IMG/VR virus record: IMGVR_UViG_3300003154_000002
Coordinates: 1 to 64,000 of that record
DNA from: a virus
Strand: one strand, 5' to 3'
DNA: 64,000 bases
Shown: positions 51,989-60,388 of the stretch, piece by piece
Position numbering within the stretch: the first letter of the stretch is position 1
Layout: each line of letters starts with the position of its first letter
Program-made: the position numbers and the translations under genes
The notes under the pieces: model-generated
The model's input: the letters and a program-made list of their open reading frames with translations, nothing else
Databases searched by the model: none
Told to the model about the DNA's origin: nothing

Positions 51989-52756
51989 TTACTCCACCTT
52001 ATGTTTGTCTGAAAGTTCGGTACCCACAGTCATCGTTTGAAATGGAGGTCCACTTGGTCCCGCAGGAGTTGGGTGAGTATGCGCCTCAAAGAATGTTTTA
52101 AAAGCATCCCCTCTTATTATTGATTGGGCGGCATTAGTCCCCAACTTAACGTTATTAGCATCTATCTCTATTACATCACTGGACAAATCTACATCAATAA
52201 ATATAGTATTATCTTTATTTTTAATACGTATTCTATTGCTAGAATTAACGTCATCTTCTATTAATTCTATAGTATGACCCGTAGAGGTTTTTATTCGTAT
52301 TCCACGACCACTTGTTGTGTGAGTTACATTACCTCGTTCGTCTACCGTTGCTAAACCGTCGTCAAATTCAATGGAATGACCGCCCGCATGAGTTATTGGA
52401 GTTCCAGATGCATTAAGGGGTCCAGGTGACACCCAACCCCTATTAGTAGGAACATCTCTCCTAAACACCTCCGGCGTATCAGGATTTGACTCTAAACCGT
52501 CATTTACAGTATGGGTAGCAACTGGATAATCTTTATCTCCACCCCCAGCTTCGACGTATACCACTGATCCTATATCTGGGGGACTATAAAAGCCGTCCCC
52601 AGGTGTAAGATAATTAATGAACGATGTTTCACCAAATACGGGGCTATGAACTCGAATACGACCTTTATGTAAGGGGTCTTTGTTATCTATAACAATGGCT
52701 TTAGAACAACCAAAGTAATATAAATCTTTGTCTCTACCACGAATAGGTATGGCCAT
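51989..52756 (-). CDS. baseplate central spike / assembly protein V (gp5 OB-fold-like)
   Basis: DPLHKGRIRVHSPVFGE OB-type start, repeated beta-helix-like HTIELIEDD/IFIDVD segments, and its position. Confidence 0.7.
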   Translation of the reverse strand: MAIPIRGRDKDLYYFGCSKAIVIDNKDPLHKGRIRVHSPVFGETSFINYLTPGDGFYSPPDIGSVVYVEAGGGDKDYPVATHTVNDGLESNPDTPEVFRRDVPTNRGWVSPGPLNASGTPITHAGGHSIEFDDGLATVDERGNVTHTTSGRGIRIKTSTGHTIELIEDDVNSSNRIRIKNKDNTIFIDVDLSSDVIEIDANNVKLGTNAAQSIIRGDAFKTFFEAHTHPTPAGPSGPPFQTMTVGTELSDKHKVE

Positions 52757-54459
52757 TATTTATCGCCTTTCTTAGCCCGTTCCGTGGATTCTATATCAGT
52801 ATCCGATGAACCCATAAGTGTTACTTCAACTTCTGGTAATACTGGTTCTTGGACCATAGAATCTCTATTTGTTACCCCACCCTTTGCAATAGCATTTGTA
52901 TTGGCCATAACTGTACAAATATATCCATCACTTGCGGAAATACGATGAGCAACGGATAAAACATAGTATTCACCGCTATATCTACGACCAATATTAAACA
53001 TGTTTATAGTAGAGGGGCCAAATAAAGGAATACCTAACGTAATAAAGTCTAACCGCAAAGCTCTCGACATTCTTCCGGCGTATAGTTTGGAAGTGGCTTG
53101 ATGGTCACTTACCCCGGCAGATTCATGATACTTGCCAGCACCATTTAGTACGGTATTATCAAACTTTATTTCGGTAGCAGTAGACTCAATAAGCTTTGCT
53201 TCTGATTTATCTTTTGCCACCATTTGTACCGTTACCGGGGATGAATCTCCTATCATCAACTTATTTTCTGTATCTACCCCAGAGGAACTACCGCCCTGAC
53301 CACCTTCTGGAAATAAAGATAAAGTAAAACTTTTAACCGTGTTAAATACGGTACTTGGATATTTCTGTTCTTTCTCTCCACCCTTCCAAGAAAAACAATA
53401 CGTGACTTTTGATTCTTTTTGAATACGGGAAACAACATTAATTACATGAATTAACTTTCCTGTTTCTTTATCGATTCTAGAAGATACCCAATAATGAGCG
53501 TATAATTTTTCAGCTAGATCTTTCAAAAACTCATTAAGAGTCATCCCACTAGCCCAAGTACGATTACTTGATTTTTGTTGCAAATCTAATTTACGTTCTT
53601 CGTCTGTTAACTTAATGTTAGTTTCGCAGTTGGGGATAAAAGTAGCAACAGCCCGAACAACATCATCTACCATCCCCGGCTCATTTGCCGCAACACCGGA
53701 ATAAGAACGTTTATCCATCATTTGTTGATTAGTTAGTTTCAATCTTTTAGCGCAAACACCTCTACTAAAATTAAGACCAACCTCTGGTTTTAACTTAGAA
53801 AACTCACCACTACCGTAGTCTATGGCAAATATTTCTAATGTTGGGATATCGCTTTCATGGGCACGATGAATAATTCTAGCGATTTGTCCAACGACTGTGT
53901 TTGAATGTAAAAGAGGTTCTGTTCCACCATCAGCTTCTCTATAACCCCAAGTTACTTCTACTACGTTACGCTCTTGGAATAGAAAAACAGCCTCACTACT
54001 ATTTTGTTGTTCTTGTTGTAGAGCAGCGTCTGCGCTTTTTTGTAAAGAATCTAATAAAGACGTTCCGTATACTTTAGAGTTTAATAAAGTCTTTTCTTCT
54101 ACAGCTCTTGTTTCTTCTACCTGTTTAATACTCTTATCTATTTCTTCTGGTTTTATATATCTTATTGCTTCGGAACTATTTACATCCAACATTAAGTCTA
54201 ACAAAGATCCGGGATTATCTGTACCTACTTTACCCATCCCTGTACCGGAGTCGTTAAAACTACCCTCAACAAAATTTAACGTAACCTGTCCTATAGAACT
54301 TTGTCCACCGTCAATTACTTGGTTATATTCGAACATAGACAAAAGGGAGGCTACGTGTGGGGGTAAGTCCACTAGTTTCGTAACTCCCTTATTGTTCATA
54401 GGAGGCCCCATTCTGATTTTCAGAAAGGGTGTTCTCATTAAAGAGGTATCTATATACAT
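52756..54459 (-). CDS. baseplate hub protein (P2 gpD / Mu gp44 position)
   Basis: 567 aa between the LysM-like X and the spike. Assignment is mostly positional. Confidence 0.5.
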   Translation of the reverse strand: MYIDTSLMRTPFLKIRMGPPMNNKGVTKLVDLPPHVASLLSMFEYNQVIDGGQSSIGQVTLNFVEGSFNDSGTGMGKVGTDNPGSLLDLMLDVNSSEAIRYIKPEEIDKSIKQVEETRAVEEKTLLNSKVYGTSLLDSLQKSADAALQQEQQNSSEAVFLFQERNVVEVTWGYREADGGTEPLLHSNTVVGQIARIIHRAHESDIPTLEIFAIDYGSGEFSKLKPEVGLNFSRGVCAKRLKLTNQQMMDKRSYSGVAANEPGMVDDVVRAVATFIPNCETNIKLTDEERKLDLQQKSSNRTWASGMTLNEFLKDLAEKLYAHYWVSSRIDKETGKLIHVINVVSRIQKESKVTYCFSWKGGEKEQKYPSTVFNTVKSFTLSLFPEGGQGGSSSGVDTENKLMIGDSSPVTVQMVAKDKSEAKLIESTATEIKFDNTVLNGAGKYHESAGVSDHQATSKLYAGRMSRALRLDFITLGIPLFGPSTINMFNIGRRYSGEYYVLSVAHRISASDGYICTVMANTNAIAKGGVTNRDSMVQEPVLPEVEVTLMGSSDTDIESTERAKKGDK

Positions 54460-54785
54460 TATATTATATCAGAGTTAAGTTTTGAAATAGCACTTAGTAT
54501 TTTACTTAGTGAGGGTATTCTAAGTACCACCCCCAACGTAAGTTCTAGAAACGGATTTTGAATGCTATTAATGTCCATAATAGCCCATCCTAAATCGGCT
54601 CTTTTATAAACCTTATAAGATATTAAGTCAGGTCTATTTTCAAAACCTCCCTCAACAGTTATATAAGTATCGTCCTCTGATTCGTCAATAATAAGAGGTT
54701 CTCTCAAAACCATAAAAGGTTTATTACTACGATCTAATGTAAAGATCCCATTTGTATATCTTGTACCCGATCTAAATCGTGCCAT
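54459..54785 (-). CDS. LysM-like tail protein X
   Basis: DLISYKVYKRADLGWAIMDINSIQNPF...GVVLRIPS resembles a LysM/gpX fold. Position also fits. Confidence 0.55.
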   Translation of the reverse strand: MARFRSGTRYTNGIFTLDRSNKPFMVLREPLIIDESEDDTYITVEGGFENRPDLISYKVYKRADLGWAIMDINSIQNPFLELTLGVVLRIPSLSKILSAISKLNSDII

Positions 54786-54793
54786 AGTTTTTC

Positions 54794-55528
54794 CTAAAAG
54801 ACGTCGTCAGAAGAAATAACAGCATCTACAATTTCGGATAAGTTAAAGGATACAATAGCCTCTATTGGGGTTAAGTCTGGATATTGTTTAGTGATTTTTA
54901 TTTCTATTTTGTCTACAACGAAACTAGAATTTTCTAATGTTCGCTGTCCCAAAGTTGTTCCTACAAGCAATCTAACAGGAGACGGTGACTTGGTAATAGC
55001 CCCTTCCACAACAGGATAAACTAAACTTCTATAATAATCTAATTGATCCGCTATGGATAGTGGTAGAAAATCACTACTAGAATATCCCTCATAAAAAGAA
55101 GAAGGAGCAAGCGAACTACTCATATCCGGTATAGAAATATCGGGAATATTAAACATCTGTCTACCGATATTACCGAGTCTGGTAGTTATAGCACCTCTGG
55201 ATAATTTTGAAGATAGAGGATTTAGTTTCTTACCTCCGTTGGGATCTAAACCAGCGTCATCCGCTAAATCAGCGGTAACTAAAGCGTCAAAACTAACGGA
55301 ACGAACACCACTAGCCAACCATTGTTGTATAGGATCACTTCTGCCAGGAACTTGATGTTTAATCCAATTTGCTGATTTGGTATCTGTCCATGAATCTGGG
55401 TTAAGATACATAATAGCAAAAGATTTTATGTCTGAAATATAATCCTTGTTTTCCTGCGTCTCTTCAGATAAATCCGGAATAATTTGTGCTTTTACAAGTC
55501 CTAATCGTGTATAGAAATTAGCTTTCAT
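54794..55528 (-). CDS. tail protein (position of gpU/DNA-circulation protein)
   Basis: 244 aa immediately downstream of the tape measure. Assigned by position only. Confidence 0.4.
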   Translation of the reverse strand: MKANFYTRLGLVKAQIIPDLSEETQENKDYISDIKSFAIMYLNPDSWTDTKSANWIKHQVPGRSDPIQQWLASGVRSVSFDALVTADLADDAGLDPNGGKKLNPLSSKLSRGAITTRLGNIGRQMFNIPDISIPDMSSSLAPSSFYEGYSSSDFLPLSIADQLDYYRSLVYPVVEGAITKSPSPVRLLVGTTLGQRTLENSSFVVDKIEIKITKQYPDLTPIEAIVSFNLSEIVDAVISSDDVF

Positions 55529-55535
55529 TCTTCAC

Positions 55536-57398
55536 CTATTGTGGTAAAAACACAGAATCTTTTGGATTAGTTATTGTTCGTTGACTGTTTGTAACAAGTT
55601 GTTTTAAATACCCATTTGATCTTGCTATTTCTTCCGCTATAGCTGGGTCCATAGAACTCATATCAGCAGAAGAAGCAAAATCTGTTTGTGCAGCAGTATT
55701 TTCCATAGCACTTTTATATGATCCTCTTGTACGGGCAATCCCGTCTTCGCTAAAATCTCCGTGTCTCTTTCTATCCTCACTAACCATCCAATCAGATATA
55801 GCATCCGAATAAGATCTATCCATTCCCAACCATTTAGGCATATTATCAAGAAGAGTACCTACGCCATAACCTGCCGCCCCAGCCAAACCGACTAAACCAG
55901 CTTTTCCCATAAATCCCAATTTACCAAGAATACCACCAGCCGCTGCTCCTACATCAGAAACGAATAAAGGTAACAAAGGACTCATACCACGTTTACCTAA
56001 TCCAAACGCACCGCCGCCTATAGTAGATATTCCCTTGAGTATTAATCCAACAGCCGCTGCTCCACCAAGAATCTTGCCTATATTTTCTGCTCCACTAAGC
56101 CATCCCTTAGTGGTTTGTTTCCCCTTACTCCACCCAAACAATCCCCCCACCTTTGCTATCAGAGCCCCGGCAGAATCAACAACATACATAAATCCCTTAC
56201 CAACACCTATTAAGGTTTCTTTAAGTGTAATAAGAGCCTTTATTAATCCCCAAATATTATCTCTGGATTGTTTTGGAAAAGCCTTGAAACGTTCATAAAC
56301 ATCCCCGCTAAAGGTAGCCTTACCCGTTTTAGAATCAAACGAATTAAAAGCTTCCCAGAACATTTGAAGCGTAGTACCCATGTTAGCGAAAGTCTTTCCC
56401 CAACTTTCACCTTCGTTTCTAAAAGCTTTTAGTCCGGATAAAGCTATAGTTAATACCCCAGCTATACCAGTTAAAGTAAATCCTAATGGAGCAAGTAAAA
56501 TACTAAACGCAGAAAAACCAGCTACAAGACCTATTAATGCTCCAGAGAACATTATAACATGCCTGGTTAAATCAATAAGACCGTTTCTAATAACTTTTTG
56601 TTTAGTGTCAGTCATCATCATGTACAATTTTTGAAACATCGTACCCGTGACTCTAGACATAGCCTTAACTAATGGATTAACACCCCGCGCAACTAATTCA
56701 CCGAACTGATCCTTTAAACTCTTCGCCTGCGCGCTATATTGCATGAATATTTCTAATGAATCTTCAGTTCCTTTGTTCAACTGAATCTGCTTCTGCATTA
56801 GTTCATTCATAGCTATACGACTAAACGTATTCCAGTTCATAGCTGCAGAACCATAACTCTTGGTCGTTTGGTTGTTTAACTTGATACCAATCTGAAACTG
56901 GTTGTTTACTTTTAATGTGGTAAGATAGGTTTGAAGAAGCCTCTGATTGGCTGTACGAAAAGCATCGCCTAGTTCTTTAACAACGTCTGCCGGATTCTTT
57001 CCTAATACTTTCGCAAATCCGGGGGCCATCTTGAAAATGTTTTCCATGTAATCGGCCTTAACGCCGCCCATTTTCATTTTAATGGCTTCTTGCATCGTTG
57101 TTAACGCATCAACTGTTCCTCTAGAGAATTCTTGTAATTTAAACAAGTACTCTGGTTTAAACATTTCAGCAAACTGTTTACGAATGTACTCAAACGATGC
57201 TCCGGATTTGGCTACGTCGGTTAACTTTTTAAAAGCTATTCCAAACGTTGCTATTAAAGCCGCAGCTGTAAACAAGTTTCTATTGAACTGCTTAATCTCG
57301 TTTCTAAAGTTTTGCACCTGCTGAGTAGCTTTTTTCATTCCAGCAGTAGCTTTATCCTGTAGAACTAGCGTAATTGTGATGTTACTATTTGCGGCCAT
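55536..57398 (-). CDS. tail tape measure protein
   Basis: 620 aa. Helical N-terminus, central hydrophobic Gly/Ala-rich segments, downstream of the frameshifted chaperone. Confidence 0.8.
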   Translation of the reverse strand: MAANSNITITLVLQDKATAGMKKATQQVQNFRNEIKQFNRNLFTAAALIATFGIAFKKLTDVAKSGASFEYIRKQFAEMFKPEYLFKLQEFSRGTVDALTTMQEAIKMKMGGVKADYMENIFKMAPGFAKVLGKNPADVVKELGDAFRTANQRLLQTYLTTLKVNNQFQIGIKLNNQTTKSYGSAAMNWNTFSRIAMNELMQKQIQLNKGTEDSLEIFMQYSAQAKSLKDQFGELVARGVNPLVKAMSRVTGTMFQKLYMMMTDTKQKVIRNGLIDLTRHVIMFSGALIGLVAGFSAFSILLAPLGFTLTGIAGVLTIALSGLKAFRNEGESWGKTFANMGTTLQMFWEAFNSFDSKTGKATFSGDVYERFKAFPKQSRDNIWGLIKALITLKETLIGVGKGFMYVVDSAGALIAKVGGLFGWSKGKQTTKGWLSGAENIGKILGGAAAVGLILKGISTIGGGAFGLGKRGMSPLLPLFVSDVGAAAGGILGKLGFMGKAGLVGLAGAAGYGVGTLLDNMPKWLGMDRSYSDAISDWMVSEDRKRHGDFSEDGIARTRGSYKSAMENTAAQTDFASSADMSSMDPAIAEEIARSNGYLKQLVTNSQRTITNPKDSVFLPQ

Positions 57399-58298
57399 TC
57401 TCTAACTCTCGAACTGCACTTTTATGTGCTTCTAAAAGTTCTTTACGATCTTTCCAATTCATCTCATTTATCTGACTTGGACCCCATCTAAAAACCTGAC
57501 CAAAATAAGCATAATCATTAAACAAGTCAGTTTTATGATCAATATAGTCTGTCGGTATTACGTTATAGGGGTCACCGACTGGGCGAAAAAAAGTGGGTCC
57601 ATAACAGGAAGAGGAGCTTGGTAATCTTTATTACAAGCATCGCAAGTATGAGTGATCTGTAAATCTACGTCTCCACGTAAACCCATATAAACTTCTTCGA
57701 TAAGTTGTAAATCCGTTACGGGAATATCATCTAAATCTGTTTTAGTTATAGGAGATTTATCCCCAATTTTCAATACCGATAACGCCACTGTAGCCGTAAA
57801 TAAGGAAGTCTTTTGATCTTTCATCATTGCGAACATATCAAAAAGATCCTTAAGATAAAGTAATTTAACTTCTACATCAACGTTCTTTTTTGGTAAATGT
57901 AATATTTTTGTTCTTACTTTCTTGTCAGCTATCGGTTTAATTTCCAACGAGTTTAATTCAATCTTCTTAAACTGTTGCTTACCACACTCACTACAAACAG
58001 TGGGCATAGCATAAACATTACCATAAGTAAACTCACGAATTTTAAGAAGAATTACTTCGATGTCTTCCGTAGGGAGTAACCATACAGCATCTTTCGCTGG
58101 TATGGAACAAGGTAGTCCTTCTTTTGTTTGATAATCAACCGCCAAATCCTCGATCAATTTTGGAACGTGACCAAAATTGTTTAAAACCATATCTACATTT
58201 TGTAGGTAGTTTTGTTGTTTCCCCTTAATCTCTTCTACATTAACTCTGTCGTATATAATACCGTCTTTTAGTAAACCACAAGGTAATTCGATAAGCAT
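57385..58298 (-). CDS. tail assembly chaperone, -1 frameshift-extended product (G-T / E-E' type)
   Basis: After a slip at 57585-57591 the -1 frame stays open for 66 codons (RPVGDPYNVIPTDYIDHKTDLFNDYAYFGQVFRWGPSQINEMNWKDRKELLEAHKSAVRELENGRK). It stops at TAG 57385-57387, inside the tape measure start. Confidence 0.65.
57558..58298 (-). CDS. tail assembly chaperone (short, in-frame product)
   Basis: Lies between the tube genes and the tape measure. Ends 13 codons after a T TTT TTC slippery site. Confidence 0.65.
   Translation of the reverse strand: MLIELPCGLLKDGIIYDRVNVEEIKGKQQNYLQNVDMVLNNFGHVPKLIEDLAVDYQTKEGLPCSIPAKDAVWLLPTEDIEVILLKIREFTYGNVYAMPTVCSECGKQQFKKIELNSLEIKPIADKKVRTKILHLPKKNVDVEVKLLYLKDLFDMFAMMKDQKTSLFTATVALSVLKIGDKSPITKTDLDDIPVTDLQLIEEVYMGLRGDVDLQITHTCDACNKDYQAPLPVMDPLFFAQSVTPIT
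57585..57591 (-). promoter_or_regulatory. -1 programmed ribosomal frameshift slippery heptamer T TTT TTC
   Basis: Run of 7 T (7 A on the plus strand, 57586-57592) in X XXY YYZ phase relative to the chaperone frame. Confidence 0.65.
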
Positions 58299-58306
58299 AC
58301 TTCCTC

Positions 58307-58843
58307 CTAAAATGCTTTCAATATATCCGTAAATTTAAACTCTGTTTTTGTATCGAAAGATTCTTCCTCGAAGCCTTCATACTGAAAAGATAACGATTCT
58401 ATACTAAACCCAGAATCGTCTCCTGCTCCAAAATCGCTTCCTGTTTCATACGTAATAGGAACACAGTTTCTCATAATGTAACGTTTAACTGTGTCAGAGT
58501 TTCTGTTTAAATGTTCTATTACGATATCTCTTCTATAGTGTCTATCAGTAGTACTATCAGATATTGCTTCAAATGCTCTCTCCATCCAAGCAGCAAAATC
58601 GCTTGCGTTTGGTTGTGAGATCACACCTCTTTTTAATACTATCGGTTTAAAAGAACCTCGATCATTTAATAGCACCGGATTCATATGTCTTCCACCTTCC
58701 ATGTACTCTTTAGTCATAAAAGTAACGGAAGGAGAGGAACACTCAGTAAATCCGGCCCTAATAAAATTTGTACCAGCAGGAGATAAGATATAAACTCTCC
58801 ATCGGAACTTATCTAAAGGATCATAGTGTGCGCTTCGTGCCAT
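58307..58843 (-). CDS. gp19-family tail tube paralog 3
   Basis: MARSAHYDPLDKFRWRV...RAGFTECSSP...EYMEGG...KRGV...FAAW shares the N-terminal signature of the other two. Confidence 0.7.
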   Translation of the reverse strand: MARSAHYDPLDKFRWRVYILSPAGTNFIRAGFTECSSPSVTFMTKEYMEGGRHMNPVLLNDRGSFKPIVLKRGVISQPNASDFAAWMERAFEAISDSTTDRHYRRDIVIEHLNRNSDTVKRYIMRNCVPITYETGSDFGAGDDSGFSIESLSFQYEGFEEESFDTKTEFKFTDILKAF

Positions 58844-59532
58844 TAGAATATATTTCCTATAGTGCGATTAAGTAAGGTTTCTGGTGTAATCTCTTCATAT
58901 GAGTCGTATCTTACTTCTACTTCTTCTATTAACTTAGCTGAATCTTCTTTTGCCGATAAGGTATCGCCAGGAGAATATGATGCTACCCACGCATTGTGTA
59001 ATACCCACGCTTTAACAACATCCCCAACTCCCAACGCACTTAATCCAGCTGCTCCCGCTACGTTTTCTATCCTATTTAGTCCGAGATATTTTCCTGCTAT
59101 CGGCACTTCCGACAATGCTCCTCCGCGTCCATAAACAGTAATCAATACGTCTCTTCTATAACTCATACTATCTTCTGGCGGGCCTTCAGAAGGATCAGAA
59201 TTACCCCTCATAATACCCGTAGTAGGTTGTATGGTTATATCGTGAACATCTGTTACCCAACGATAAAAATCGGAACTGCTGGTAACTCCTCTACGCATAA
59301 CAATAGGTTCAAAGCGAGTTATTCCGGCAGAATAGAATATGTGCGCAGCATCTATATTTTCTCTGTATTCTAAAACAGTAGCTGTACGTCTAGGTAAAGA
59401 AACTTCAGAAAAACCAGCCCTTAAGAATGAAGTTAGGTTTTGTGTTAAAGCTATGGGATCAAACGATACGTTAAGTATAGATACACCAAACCTAAACTTT
59501 TCTACAGCGTCTACGCGAGAGGATCGTGCCAT
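58843..59532 (-). CDS. gp19-family tail tube paralog 2
   Basis: MARSSRVDAVEKFRFGVS...RAGFSEVSLP...EYREN...RRGV...FYRW. Confidence 0.7.
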   Translation of the reverse strand: MARSSRVDAVEKFRFGVSILNVSFDPIALTQNLTSFLRAGFSEVSLPRRTATVLEYRENIDAAHIFYSAGITRFEPIVMRRGVTSSSDFYRWVTDVHDITIQPTTGIMRGNSDPSEGPPEDSMSYRRDVLITVYGRGGALSEVPIAGKYLGLNRIENVAGAAGLSALGVGDVVKAWVLHNAWVASYSPGDTLSAKEDSAKLIEEVEVRYDSYEEITPETLLNRTIGNIF

Positions 59533-59760
59533 TTATTTCTTCTTTCCCTTTTTTAAAGACTTTTCCATTTTCTCTAATTTAGTATAATAGTTTGGGAATT
59601 CTTTTAAATGATCCATGGCTATTTCTTTAGCAACTTTCTTATTCTTTGTGTGTTCTCTTTCAACCTTAGCCCCTTTTTTTAGGGCTTTAGAATTAAAATC
59701 TTTAGGTTTACTTTTATCTGCTTTACCGCCCTTAAGCTTATCCGCCCAATTTCCCTTCAT
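59533..59760 (-). CDS. small Lys-rich protein (DUF5661-like, tentative)
   Basis: GAKVEREHTKNKKVAKEIAMDHLKEFPNYYTKLEKME, a motif I recall from uncharacterised phage proteins. Confidence 0.5.
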   Translation of the reverse strand: MKGNWADKLKGGKADKSKPKDFNSKALKKGAKVEREHTKNKKVAKEIAMDHLKEFPNYYTKLEKMEKSLKKGKKK

Positions 59761-59780
59761 ACTTCTCTCCTAAAATAGGA

Positions 59781-59802
59781 GGAGGAGAAATAAATCTCCT
59801 CC
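59781..59802 (-). terminator. stem-loop after the major tube gene (GGAGGAGA-N6-TCTCCTCC)
   Basis: On the minus strand: 8-bp GC-rich stem with loop TTTATT, followed by TCCTATTTTAGG, then the RBS of the next gene. Likely a partial terminator. Confidence 0.5.
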
Positions 59803-59818
59803 CCCGAATTGTTGATTA

Positions 59819-60376
59819 TTAGACGTTAGGATTCTGATCTGCCCCAGCAGTGGGCGCAGTAATTTCAGAACCAGTTAACTCAGTGAAAGTTTCATATCCA
59901 ACTACTAGCTGTTCCATTGCTTTCTCACCATCTTCGGAAGCATTTAGATCCGAAGAAGGTTGGAAAGAAACCGGCCATGCATTATAGAGTGTCCATTGTT
60001 TAGATGGAACTCCATCGCGCCGCCACAACGTAATAGTGATATTTCTACGAAATTCGGTACTCTGACCAAGTGGAACTACGTCACCTTTTTGTACGTTAGG
60101 CTGACCTTCAGGTAGAGCCGTTGGATCAAATACTTCCTTAGCCCACGTATAAAAGTCCTGATTTGTAGTCAAACCACGCGACATAGTTACGTCTTCCATC
60201 TTGGCTAGTCCAGGAAACAATTGAACGTTATCCGGAGCATTACCTTCACGATATTCACCTTTTGTTACTGACTGTTTTGGTACAGAAACATCATGGAAAC
60301 CGGCTCTCGTAATACCTTCCCAGGATACGGTAAACCGAAATTTCTCTAATGCATCTACTTTTGAACTTCTTGCCAT
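59819..60376 (-). CDS. major tail tube protein (T4 gp19 / PF06841-type)
   Basis: MARSSKVDALEKFRFTVSW...RAGFHDVSVP...EYREG...PG...SRGL...FYTW, directly downstream of the sheath gene. Confidence 0.8.
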   Translation of the reverse strand: MARSSKVDALEKFRFTVSWEGITRAGFHDVSVPKQSVTKGEYREGNAPDNVQLFPGLAKMEDVTMSRGLTTNQDFYTWAKEVFDPTALPEGQPNVQKGDVVPLGQSTEFRRNITITLWRRDGVPSKQWTLYNAWPVSFQPSSDLNASEDGEKAMEQLVVGYETFTELTGSEITAPTAGADQNPNV

Positions 60377-60388
60377 GACATCCCCTCC

